A DNA stretch of 64,000 nucleotides from Histomonas meleagridis 2922-C6/04-290x. Taxonomy: Eukaryota; Protista; Parabasalia. The DNA lies in contig JAANOX010000083.1 in the NCBI GenBank assembly GCA_020184695.1, forward strand, positions 248,001 through 312,000, in the 5' to 3' direction. Numbering within the stretch: position 1 is the stretch's first letter; each line of letters opens with the position of its first letter. A model generated the notes under the pieces. It worked only from the letters and a program-made list of their open reading frames with translations. It had not been told where the DNA came from and did no database searches. Both the position numbers and the translations under genes were made by a program. Shown here in pieces: positions 20,223-31,633 of the stretch.

Positions 20223-22945
20223 ATGAGCTCTGGGTCGTGTACGTCTCTACAAAAGATGAAAGAATTACAACAAATTGTGTATAATTTGACAAATAAAAAC
20301 ATCATGTTATCAGTTCAACAAACAATGATTTTATTCGATTCAAGCTGCCCATATTCATTCAATCTAATTCTAATTAATTTGATCTAACACATATTTTGCT
20401 CACAAAATAATCTGGACGGAAACACATACCTCAAATATTTACAAATAATTCAATCAAAAGAAGAAGAAATCAATATAAACAATCCTAATATTTTTGAAAT
20501 TTTTAGTAAGTATCTATTAAATTTTATTAATAAGCACTCTTTTACATCTCAAGAAGCATATTACTTTATCGAGAATTTGATTGAACAAAAGTTAATCGAT
20601 GCAAGTATATTGGATAGTTTTGAATCGTTATATTTTGCACATCATAAAAATATTATTGTTAAAGATAAAAAAATGCTTGAAGAATATGATACGTATTTTA
20701 AAGATTTTGATAAAAATTATAAAGAGCTTTCAAAAAATGATTGGGAACCCCATAAGAAATAAATTAGTTAGATATAAATATTTTTTTAATCAAGAAAATA
20801 TTTCTTATGAAGAACTTTCAAAGAATGATTTTGCACTTCATAAGCAATTAATTAAAGAAGGAGTTAATCCAAATGAAATTGCAAAAGTCATTCGAAATGA
20901 TGAAATAGAAAAACTTCAAGAAATATCATCTCAAGAAAACTTTAATTTTAATCAAAAAATCGAACCATCGCTTTTTGAAAGATGTTCATTTATTAATACA
21001 GAAAATGTTACATTAATTGATTATGCCGCATTTTTTGGCTCTATTCAATGCTTTAAATATTTACTTATGAATGGTGCAAATGTAAACAATACTGGTAAAT
21101 ATGCAATTGCAGGTGGAAACATAAAAATTGTTCATTTATGTGAGCAAAATCATTCAACATTCAACAATGCATATAAAACATCAATTGAATTCCATAAAAA
21201 TCAAATTTTTCATTATTTTTATGAAAGTAAGATTGAACAAACTAATACTCCAGAAAAATTAGTTATTAATTTGATGCAATTTTGCATTTATTATGGGAAC
21301 TATGAAATTTTTTTATTTTTGGAAGATGAAAAAATAAAGATTGATAGTTCTGTTATCAATGCATCTGCAGAAGCTGGTAATTTATATCTTGTCAAATATT
21401 TTCGCAAAGAAAACGAAATTCCAAATGATATATTGCTATTTTCTGTAGAATCAGGTAACCATGAAATAGTTAAATATATTCTTGAACATGAAGGAACTGA
21501 TATTAATGCTAAAGATATTTATTTATTTTACTTAGAATTTACTTTTGCGAAAGTATCCTTTGAAATTTCACACAAAATTTCAGTTATTTTATCGTGCAAT
21601 TGTTGAAAATCATCGAATTTTTCTCCTTCTAGTTGATTTTTTAATAAACCGAATAAAAAGAAATCTGAAGGAGCAAGATCTGGTAAATATGGTGGCCGTG
21701 GAGCTCTTTTAGAATTATTATCAACCAAAAATTTAGTTGAAGCATTAGATATATGGGGGGATGCATTATCGAAATGTAAAACATATGGGTTTTCATTGGG
21801 CTTTTTTCTTTGTGGGTATATAATTTGCTTCAAGGGTTTAATTATATTATTAATAAAATACTTTGAGTTCAATTTTTCACCATCTTTCATAATATCAACT
21901 ATAAAGAATTGATCAATATTCCAAAAGATAGTTACAATATATTTTATCGTGTCAATTTTCGTATCGATAATTTCATGTAAATTATCTCTTGATTGTGACC
22001 ACATATGCTTGTGATCATATGATAAGAAAAACCATGATTCATCCCCAGTCATGATTCTATGTAAACCTTTTCTCTTACTGACTTTTAAGATATTAAAAAG
22101 CTCAGTTGCTTTTCGCACTCTTTCTTCTTTCATTTCACATGTCAGTTCATATGGAACCACTCTTAAATTATAATAATGGAAGCCTAATTTATTGAGGTGA
22201 TCATTTATGGTGGATCGTGGTATATATAAGGCTTCACTTAATGTATATGTCGAATGAAATGGTTCCATTTCGAGTGCAGCCAAAATTTTTGAATCAATGA
22301 AATCAAGTACTGGTCTTCCTGGACTTTGAATGTTTGTTATTTCAAATCTCCCTAATTTAAATTGATGCACCCAATATTTTATGGTATTAATATCGAGTGC
22401 ATCTTGGTGATAAACATCATCTAACTCTTGTTTGATTTGGCTGAGTTTAAAGCCTTATCCTTTCAGGAAAAATATGACTGCTCTTTGTCCGACTTCCATA
22501 AAAATGAAAAATGTTTAATAAGAATGACAATATGAAAGTTTATTTTTGACATTCTCTTGATATATAAAATATTTCTGATCTCAAAAATTATATCATTATT
22601 ATTACAGTCTTTTGTATTTTTATATATATAATTTTTATTAAAAAAAATAAAAGGATCATATTTAGGATAAAACATTTCCGTCCCCTATATTAAAGCATCT
22701 GAAAATGGTCATACAGAAATAGTTAAATTACTTCTTGAACAAGAAGGAACTGATATTAATGCTAAAGATATTTATTTATTTTACTTAGAATTTATTTTAA
22801 TAATCTGATATTTCAAAATAATATTTAGAAATTATTTAAATTATTTAATACAGCACTTATGTGGGCATCTAAAAATGGTAAATTAGAAATAGTTAAATTA
22901 CTTCTTGAACAAGAAGGAATTGATATTAATGCAACAAATATTCAT
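20223..22945 (+). pseudogene. DUF3447/ankyrin-repeat gene, disrupted by a stop, a frameshift and a mariner insertion
   Basis: ATG 20223, TAA 20375-77, frameshift near 20750. DUF3447-like motifs (EGVNPNEIAKVIRNDEIEKLQ, LIDYAAFFGSIQCFKYL). Ankyrin repeats resume at 22690 after the transposon. Confidence 0.8.
21542..22687 (-). mobile_element. Mariner (DD34D) transposon, 3'-truncated and inactive
   Basis: Transposase from ATG 22499 with a nonsense TAA at codon 15. TGDESW / HFDNASPH / YLPDLAPSD with 34 residues between D2 and D3. One end remains (TAGGGGACGG... from 22687) with a TA target at 22688-89. The other end is lost at 21541/42. Confidence 0.9.
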
Positions 22946-22948
22946 TTG

Positions 22949-23247
22949 AATAATTTGAAATATGTTTTAATAATTTTGGATATGTTTTAATAATTTAAAA
23001 TATGTTTTAATAATTTTGGATATGTTTTAATAATTTAAAATATGTTTTAATAATTTTGGATATGTTTTAATAATTTGTAATATGTTTTAATAATTTAAAA
23101 TATGTTTTAATAATTTTTAATATGTTTTAATAATTTGTAATATGTTTTAATAATTTTGGATATGTTTTAATAATTTGAAATATGTTTTAATAATTTTGGG
23201 TGTGTTTTAATAATTTTGGATATGTTTTAATAATTTAAAATATGTTT
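22949..23247 (+). repeat. 20-bp minisatellite, about 15 copies (TATGTTTTAATAATTTNNNA)
   Basis: Full units start every 20 nt from 22961 to 23221; variation is confined to the last few bases of each unit. Confidence 0.95.
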
Positions 23248-23261
23248 GGATCAATTACACA

Positions 23262-25019
23262 ACCGCAGACCAAACCTCCAAATCCTCTCAATCGATTTTT
23301 AAAGGATAAATTCCGAACGATATAAAACGATCCCACTTTTTAAAAGAAATTATTATTCTATCAATTTGATTTTCAATAAAAATATAAATGACACCTATTT
23401 TGAATAAAAATAGAAAATGAAATACGGTTTGGCAAAATACAGTCCGATTAAAAAACATTAAAAAAGTGGTGAGTGTCACAATAACTTATTGAATACTTTA
23501 TGAATGTGTAAACTATTCATTGATCGAAGTTGAAATTTGAGTAAAACTATATTACGTCATATATATACCTGAAGTTTATTAGATTGATTTAGATATGATT
23601 ATGACCGAAATTTATATGATAGCATTAAATTCGAATTTTATATATAAATATTTATTATTTCTGATATTATTTTTCTGTTGTAATGAAATATGATATAAAA
23701 ATATTTTTCGATCCATCAAATTTGTATTTATATAATTCTAATAGTTCAAATATAATGAAATAATAATATTGTATTTAAACAAAGCAGATTTATAAAAAGT
23801 CTATTTCGATAATTGGATATCATCCTTTTATCATTTTGATGAATTTGGATTTAAATAATATATCATTAGAATTATATCTGTATTTATATTTTTTGATGCT
23901 ATCATATGCACTGTTTTACATGTTTATAAGTAATTCCAAATGTTTATATGAAATATCTATATTTCCGAATATAATTTGAAAATACCAAATGATTAAAATG
24001 AATACAAAATAAAAGAGAATATCTATAGTATTAATATCATATTATTTTTGTTCCATAAGTAATTTAACTATTTATGTATGACCACTTGAAGATGCCCATA
24101 GTGCTGCTTATAATATATAAGATAGAATTACTAAAGTGTTTTTTTAATAAAATAAATAAATATCATTAGCATTTATACCACCGATTTCTTTTTGTACTTT
24201 TGCAACTGCATAATGACCTTGTTATATTGCACAATGAGGTGCTGTTTCATTAATTTCATATTAATTACGAAAGATATAACACAGTAAATATTCATGAGAA
24301 ACATTTTTACTATATATATCATTACATAATGAAGAATTATTGATTATAACAATTCTATGAGATTAAAAAATGACAAATTATTTGTCCTTTATAAAGCATC
24401 CGACTTCTAATATTAGAATTATGATTAGAAATATTGATAAATTATTTAAATGATCAAAATTTTTTCTTACATTATGTGAACTATTATAAATACAATCTAT
24501 ATTCACCATCATGATACATAATGTAAATACCATTGAATAAACTATGTCATCTGTAAAATCCGAATGAAACAAAACATATTAAAAAATAAAATTCAATAAT
24601 AAATGCATTGCTTTGGAATATATAAAATATTCAAAGTTATCGAAAATAAATAAAAGCCTTAATATCTTATTGATGTAAAACATGATTTCTAATGTCACAA
24701 AACATTAATGTTTATTAAATATTTCTATAATAAAAAAATCAAAAACCCATATCACTCACTGAATAGTTTACATATTCATAAAGTATTCAATAAGTTATTG
24801 TGACACACTCACCACTTTTTTAATGTTTTTTAATCGGACTGTATTTTGCCAAACCGTATTTCATTTTCTATTTTCATTCAAAATAGGTGTCATTTATATT
24901 TTTATTGAAAATCAAATTGATAGAATAATAATTTCTTTTAAAAAGTAGGATCGTTTTATATCGTTCGGAATTTATCCTTTAAAAATCGATTGAGAGGATT
25001 TGGAGGTTTTGTCTGCGGT
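23262..25019. mobile_element. Non-autonomous long-TIR element (MULE/foldback-like), 1758 bp
   Basis: TIRs at 23262-23519 and 24760-25019 (ACCGCAGAC...) with only about 5 differences. Imperfect flanking 8-mers ATTACACA / ATTATAGA. No transposase inside. Confidence 0.7.
24060..24640 (-). pseudogene. Decayed DUF3447/ankyrin fragment inside the TIR element
   Basis: Remnants QCIYY, NETAPHCAI*QGHY, INANDIYLFY, ALWASSSGHT*IVK. Confidence 0.65.
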
Positions 25020-25081
25020 ATTATAGAATCAATAGCGGTTATGGTAGAAGGACGTTAATAATACGTTATTTTTTGTTGCTC

Positions 25082-25399
25082 ATGTCAGATGATGACGAAG
25101 CACCGCTTTTCCATCATGAAGTTTTCCCAATGGACAACAGAGCAATTTTTACAGCTACCGAAGACTTAACACCTGTAATGAAATGTCCACATTGCAATTA
25201 TAATGGGAGAGGGTGGGAAAAATTTCCAAAGCCATCATTATGCGGCAAAATAAGTGCTGGGTTCCTCGTGGTTTTGTGCATGTGTTGCCTCCCTTTTTGT
25301 TGTGATTGCAGTATTAAATGGGAATGGATGTGTCCATCGTGTCATCAATGTCATAGCCAACAACCAGGAGAACCAGACCCTAGCACACAACAAAGATAA
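25082..25399 (+). CDS. LITAF-like zinc-ribbon membrane-associated protein
   Basis: CPHC ... hydrophobic LCMCCLPFCC ... WMCPSC. Confidence 0.8.
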   Translation: MSDDDEAPLFHHEVFPMDNRAIFTATEDLTPVMKCPHCNYNGRGWEKFPKPSLCGKISAGFLVVLCMCCLPFCCDCSIKWEWMCPSCHQCHSQQPGEPDPSTQQR

Positions 25400-26112
25400 G
25401 GCCTTTTGTTAATTTTATGTTAATTTTCAAAGATTTTGTAATTATCAAATGTATGAAAATTATTCATCATCTAGAGAAACCTTTTAAACAAAACCTTTTG
25501 GCACACTTACTAAAACAGGCAAACGTGTTGTTTGATTTCAACATAATTTTATTCTGATATATCAATTACAGAACTACTTTCGTCAGGAAACAACATAGCA
25601 AATAATGACTTTCCGTACGGAAGCTTAAATTCATGTAAAAAATCGAAATTAAAATCAGTGATGTTGATATTGTATTAAGCATGGGGTATAAATTTGCTTG
25701 TGTGCTTGCTTTTTGGAAATATTGTTAAACGAGAATTTTTTATGAGGATTATTAAGAACAAAGTTTGTACCGAAATTGAACTACTTTTGCCACTCTTTGT
25801 AATAAGTCGACTTGCTACCCTTTGTATGGATAGATATTACACACAACCAGCAAGATATCCAACGATTAAAATTTATCTTTTTAATAAGTCGATGAGTCAA
25901 AATATTCTTATCTTTTCAATATTTTATATTTGATGTAAACTATTCAATTCCTTAGTTTTCAACCGTTAAAATAGCGAAGGAACTAAATTTTGTACTTGCC
26001 AGCTTTTTGAGAGGGACATTACGTTTTGATGTCAAAATATTCATTTTTTAGAAAAAAACTGCCTCAAAATCTGCCGATTACGTTTCACATGACTGCTTAC
26101 CAGTAATTTTCA

Positions 26113-27114
26113 ATGAAGTGCAAAAGAAAGAGGACAGCAAACAAAAATGATCCAACACGCAAAAAATATTTCGGTATGAATGGTATTCAAAAAAACATTA
26201 CTTTCATTGCAAAGATAAGTTCTAAAACTAATAATGAATATGCAGAAGTTTATTCAGCATTTGATTTCGGAACAAAAGTTGCAATCAAATTGGTAAAAAA
26301 TGAAAGCCGGCTGGCAGAACAGTTCGAGAATGAGTGTGCAGCTTTGGAGATGTGCAATTCAGAATTTGTCATTAAAATCCACGAAAGAATTATTTCAGAG
26401 GATCAAACGTACTTAGGAATAATTATGGACTTTATGGAAAACAACTTATTCCAATATGTTCAAAACACAAAAAATGAAATAAATGAATTTCAAGCTCGTC
26501 AAATTATAAGTCAAGTTCTGAGTGGGATCAAATACATTCACTCTATTGGTATTATACACCCGGATATTAGCCCATTTAATATTCTTATTACTGTTGATCT
26601 CTGGGGAACACCTCAAGTTTGCATTACAGGGTTTTCTCTCGCCGCCAAGCCAAACAAAGAAGGAACAGTCCATGGGCAATACGGTAATAAGTGTTTTTGG
26701 GCACCTGAAATTGTATTGAATAGGCCATTTTCATATTCGGCTAATATTTGGTCTGCTGGTATTGTTGCGTTCTATGTACTGACGAGACATGTTCCATACG
26801 ATCAAGCTGAAGAAAATAGAATGTTTAGCCAAATTTTGACAAGAATAGAATTCCTACCTTGTTTTGTGATGAACCCTACTCTCAATTTCATGCAAAAAGA
26901 TCTAATAATGAGGATGATGCAAATAGAACCTGGTGACAGACTCTCGGCTGAACAAGCGCTTAATCACAAATGGCTCGAGGGATTCCCAGTAAAGGCAAAT
27001 ACTGCTGAAACATTGTCATTTATATTCACAACTGTAGAAGTTCCTTTTGGACAAAATCCATTTTCATCTTCGACAAATTCTGACAACGATTTTGACTATG
27101 ATACATATACCTAG
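26113..27114 (+). CDS. CAMK-like protein kinase fold, probable pseudokinase
   Basis: VAIK and APE are retained. HRD is HPD, LKPEN is ISPFN, DFG is TGF, and there is no Gly-rich loop. Confidence 0.8.
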   Translation: MKCKRKRTANKNDPTRKKYFGMNGIQKNITFIAKISSKTNNEYAEVYSAFDFGTKVAIKLVKNESRLAEQFENECAALEMCNSEFVIKIHERIISEDQTYLGIIMDFMENNLFQYVQNTKNEINEFQARQIISQVLSGIKYIHSIGIIHPDISPFNILITVDLWGTPQVCITGFSLAAKPNKEGTVHGQYGNKCFWAPEIVLNRPFSYSANIWSAGIVAFYVLTRHVPYDQAEENRMFSQILTRIEFLPCFVMNPTLNFMQKDLIMRMMQIEPGDRLSAEQALNHKWLEGFPVKANTAETLSFIFTTVEVPFGQNPFSSSTNSDNDFDYDTYT

Positions 27115-27514
27115 TAATCTTCATAAACTAATTTTATGGCCTCATATCGTATTTTTACGATTCTTGTTGCTTTTGTTGTTTTATGAGGAGTTTTTGCTTT
27201 GTTGGTCATGGCGGATTTTTTCATGACTTTTTGAATTAATTGAACCGTCGATGCATTGTTGACACAAACGCCGTTCACCTTTAGGCGGATTTAATGTAAG
27301 GTTTTCTCAAAAAAAATTAAATTTTTTCGTGAATATATCTTCTTTGGAATCGTGAATATATTGAGCTTATCATGATCATCTGTATTTCATTCATTATTTG
27401 CTTCAAAACAAAGTTAAATTGTTCTATTTCCAAACAGAGTCCCACTTTTTCAGAGTCTTAAAAATCCAGAGACTCAAATTGAGAACATTTGATATAAACT
27501 GCTAATAATGCATC

Positions 27515-27911
27515 ATGGACGAAGAAAAACCAACATCCCAAAAGCAAAACAATCGAAAACGTGGAAAAGATGACAAGCCAAAAGCTCAGCAAGGCTTAGA
27601 GGCAAGAAGGGTAAGTCAGCGTATAAAGGATTTCGATTTTGAAAAGTCAAAAGAATGGGAATTATGAAAAAATAATTTAGCTCAAGGTATAATGAACTGA
27701 AGAGCGTTGCACAGGTTATTTGTTTGAAAACAAATATAAGGCTTGATCGAGAAGCTTCACTTGATAATAGAGTATTGATCAAATGGTTTGCAGAAAACTG
27801 GAATATAATAGAGCCACATATCCACGTATTTCTCTTCATGACAATGACAAGGAGTTAAATGATGACAAAAGAGAAAATGAATCACGCATTTGTAATTTCG
27901 ATAAAACTTAA
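27515..27911 (+). pseudogene. Decayed paralogue of the 18221..18574 gene
   Basis: MDEEKPT...FDFEKSKEW, then a frameshift and stop, then NELKSVAQVICLKTNIRLDREASLDNRVLIKWFAENWNIIEPHI, then a further frameshift. Confidence 0.75.
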
Positions 27912-28413
27912 TAAATATAAAAACCATGAATTCATTAATGTAGCATCGAAAATGTGATCACACTTATAAGATAGAATTCTACCTGCGTAATCTTACAGAA
28001 TAGGTCTGAAAAAAAAAAATCATTCAATATTGTAAATTATTCGATTTGCACTTTTAATACAAATTCTGTTTTTGAATTCAGATCAAATTATGTTCCGAAA
28101 ACGCTTTTCAACCCAAACAAAAACCCTCATAGAAAAATATTTCACAAGTTTACAAAACTTCAAAATCCGACAAATTCCAATTTGAATTATACTCGAAATC
28201 ATCGGATACATTAAGTTCATAATCGTTGACATAATTTTAGAATGTCACGAACACATTTCAGCACATCCATAGCGGCACAAACAATTTTTAAGTCAATATG
28301 TGTAAATCAGTAAACAATTGTCTAAAAAATCAACAGCACAATTTGTAAGTGAATTTATGTGAGAAACATTTCGAACTTTTTTTCATTTTCATTAAAAATT
28401 CCTCATTCGGTGT

Positions 28414-29853
28414 TTACCAATCCGATGTTGATGAGCTTTCTTGTTCTTCATCAGACGATGATGATGACTCAACAGTGTTGACACGAATTTCGGCTAATCT
28501 TTGAAGCAATTGCGCAGCAGAAAGTTGTGAATCATCTTCTTCAATAGGCTTTGGTCTTTCTGGCTTAGGTGCATTCGGATCAACTTTCTTCAAGTGGAAT
28601 TCACCCTTTGCAATTAAGTCGAGATGCGATGGCTGTCCAGATGGAGTAGGAAGTTTTCTTGGTGCTGCCTGTGTTGTACTTGGCGTAGATGTTGGAGCAG
28701 AAGTTGATAAAGGAGGTGCTGTTGGAGGAGGAGGTGGGGGAGGTGGTGGTGGCGGTGGAGTAGGTGGAGGAGGAGCGCCAGCATCTGGTGGCGGTGGTGG
28801 GCTGCTTGGCGTTGAAGGAGCCGCTGGAGCCGCTGGCGTGGCTTGATGCGATGATTGGCTGGACTTTGATGTGGAGGTTTTTGAACTTTTCCCGAACTTG
28901 CTAAAGAATCCGCCCTTTTTCTTCTCGGGCGCTGGCTCGGGCGCGCGAGCTGGAGCTGGCGCTGGAGCAGGAGCTGCCGGAGTTGGGGCTGGCGCGGGAG
29001 ATGGGGCGGGTTGAGATGGCGGTGGAACATATGCGGGCTTGGGCGGAAGACGGGCTTGTGCAGGACGTGGCTTAGGTGTTGGCTGTTGACGTACTTGTGG
29101 TTTAGATGGTGGTTGATTATCTTGATTACGAGATGTGGTCTTGAATTGAAGTGTTGGACGCCAGTTGGCTGTCTTGCCTCGCGGAGGTGGCATTAGAAGA
29201 AGTTGTTCTGGTGGAAGAACTTTATCGATAATAATTGTAAGTGCACCAGCAGCACTGCTAGATTGTGCTCGCTTTGTTTCTTTTTGTGCTTTACTTTCCT
29301 TTTTGTTCTCGTTCTTCTTGATAAGGTCACGATACTTATCGAGCATTTCTTGACGGAACATTTCCATGAAGGTTTCTGGGTTAGAAATGGATTTGTTAAG
29401 CTTGGATACATCAGGTACAAGGCCTTGCCACATCTCCATGGTGAACGCTGGTTTAGTCTTTTCAAGGATAGAAGCTACTAATGATCCATCTGTTTTAATT
29501 GATATGAAATCAACAGATTGCTTTGAATCAGGATGAGTAATTTCTGTGTAGTTTCTGCCCATGAAATCTTCTGGACGTGATTTGAGATTCTTTTCGATTA
29601 TTGGTTTGGCTCTAGATTTAAAGCTTTCTACATTTTGACGTATTGTGGTAAAACGTTTTTCAAGAGCGCTAAATTCTGTTTGAAGATCTTTGAAAATTTC
29701 AGTTGCAAGTTGATGAAGAGTTGCCATTTGACGATAAAGGCCTAGAGAATAAACATATCCCATGTTTTCCATCAAGGATTTGGTGTCGGTTCCGTGGATG
29801 CTCGATGCTGGTGTTACTTCCGAATATGTTGGTAAATCGATTGCAGGGAACAT
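28414..29853 (-). CDS. SCAR/WAVE-family Arp2/3 activator
   Basis: N-terminal SCAR-homology-like helix (RQMATLHQLATEIFKDL), polyproline tract, WH2 (HLDLIAKGEFHLKKV), and an acidic tail ending in DW. Confidence 0.8.
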   Translation of the reverse strand: MFPAIDLPTYSEVTPASSIHGTDTKSLMENMGYVYSLGLYRQMATLHQLATEIFKDLQTEFSALEKRFTTIRQNVESFKSRAKPIIEKNLKSRPEDFMGRNYTEITHPDSKQSVDFISIKTDGSLVASILEKTKPAFTMEMWQGLVPDVSKLNKSISNPETFMEMFRQEMLDKYRDLIKKNENKKESKAQKETKRAQSSSAAGALTIIIDKVLPPEQLLLMPPPRGKTANWRPTLQFKTTSRNQDNQPPSKPQVRQQPTPKPRPAQARLPPKPAYVPPPSQPAPSPAPAPTPAAPAPAPAPARAPEPAPEKKKGGFFSKFGKSSKTSTSKSSQSSHQATPAAPAAPSTPSSPPPPPDAGAPPPPTPPPPPPPPPPPPTAPPLSTSAPTSTPSTTQAAPRKLPTPSGQPSHLDLIAKGEFHLKKVDPNAPKPERPKPIEEDDSQLSAAQLLQRLAEIRVNTVESSSSSDEEQESSSTSDW

Positions 29854-30528
29854 TTTTCGGCAATGAGCCCAAAAGTGACAGCGACAAAATCCCGAATTTT
29901 TAAACCGTTAAAGTGATCATTGAAAATTGAATCGAATTAACTGTAACAAAGATGTCATATCTAAAGAGGAGATATTTTCCATTTTGGACCATAAGTGCGT
30001 ATTTTAATTATCTACAAAAATTGTAATTATCTTTTATTTTACATTAAATATTAATTCTTTACTTAAAGGAATTGAATGTTCAAATTTACAAATGAAGTCT
30101 GAACTTAAGTATGATATAAAATTGAAATATTTCCTCATATTTAACGGAGTAAAAACATAAATATCATATTTTCTTCTTCATTGATTCAACACTGGAATTA
30201 GGGTGAAAACATTTTTTTCGTTTAAAGAAAATATTAATATAAAATTACAAATGAAATGAATCTTCTTTTTTATATATTTATGTAAGTCTTAATAGTATAA
30301 TATTACAATTTAATTATTAAAAGTGTATTAATTTTTAAAGGTGTTATGCAGAGAGCATCAACTAAAAATATCTTTGAATTTAATTTTAATAATATCATTT
30401 TTGAGATTTTAAATTTCTATTTACAATTAAAACAATATAGATAAGAATGAAATAAAAATTAGAAATATTATTAAAATATTTGGTTTTAAAAAACTTATGA
30501 AAGTTTTGCTTGTATAAATAATTCTTTA

Positions 30529-31578
30529 ATGATGTATACAATAACGAATTCATTTCTTGTTTATATTATATATTTGTTCACATTTTTTGTAATTCATTTG
30601 ATTTCAATGAAGAAGATTAAATGTCAATATGAAGAAATTGATATTAAATATAATTTTAATAAGAACAAAACTGAAGGAAATAAAATCATATTTATTATTA
30701 TTACGATGCCAAATAGTGAAAAACCGAGGAAGATGTCGAAATTTTTTGTCAATGAATTAAATCAAATGTATGGTTATAAAGGGATTTATATTGATTGGAA
30801 AGATAATAATCTTACAACACAACGAAATGGAAATGATATCTTAAATCTTAAGCCAACGAAATTTTATAATAAAGTTGTCAGTAATATTAAACCAATTATT
30901 AAAGATCGATATTCATATAGTTTAAAAGATATAGATATTTTTCGCAAGTCATATTTTGGGTTAAGATATTTTTATTATGAAACGAAATATCGATGGGTTC
31001 ATCGAGGAACAGATGATAATGTTATTAATCTTCGACTTTTAAATTCATTTTATTCAATGATAGAAGAAAAATATGATCCACTTTCACAACCAATAATTCT
31101 AGGGAATTGTATTCAAAATTATAATACATTAGGTTTTCTTCAAGGTGGTTCAGGTTATCTTTATTCAAGGAAATCGATAGAATTAATACTTCCTATTTAT
31201 GAAAGAATTATTCAAAATTGTATTTTAAATGAAGATATTTGTCATAATGAATTTTTAAATTATTTAAATATTAGTATAGTTAATGCAACTTCAACATATT
31301 TTTTAGGTCATCCATTTGATCAAAATGATTTAAAACGTTTAATGAATGAAGATTTTAAAGATTTAAAAACATGTTCAACACCAAAAATTTCAAAAAATTC
31401 GACAATCTGTAAAGAATTTCATGCACCACTTAATAAAGTTGTTTTTTTACATCATCATGGGAAAAACATTGAAGATATTATTAATAAATGTAAAACAATA
31501 TTTAATTTAAAAGATGAAAGAATTCATTTTTATATATCCCAGATGCAAAAATTCCCTCGACTTTGTAAATATAAATGA
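30529..31578 (+). CDS. Type II membrane glycosyltransferase, GT31/fringe-like
   Basis: N-terminal TM; WVHRGTDD (DxD-like), FLQGGSGYLYSR, NEDI. Confidence 0.7.
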   Translation: MMYTITNSFLVYIIYLFTFFVIHLISMKKIKCQYEEIDIKYNFNKNKTEGNKIIFIIITMPNSEKPRKMSKFFVNELNQMYGYKGIYIDWKDNNLTTQRNGNDILNLKPTKFYNKVVSNIKPIIKDRYSYSLKDIDIFRKSYFGLRYFYYETKYRWVHRGTDDNVINLRLLNSFYSMIEEKYDPLSQPIILGNCIQNYNTLGFLQGGSGYLYSRKSIELILPIYERIIQNCILNEDICHNEFLNYLNISIVNATSTYFLGHPFDQNDLKRLMNEDFKDLKTCSTPKISKNSTICKEFHAPLNKVVFLHHHGKNIEDIINKCKTIFNLKDERIHFYISQMQKFPRLCKYK

Positions 31579-31633
31579 AGAATATCAAAAATATTTTTAT
31601 AATATTAAATATAAAACATTTATTTTAATTTAT

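Noticed and set aside
22949-23247. CRISPR-like periodic array
   Set aside because: The units are contiguous with no unique spacers, there are no cas genes, and the context is eukaryotic.
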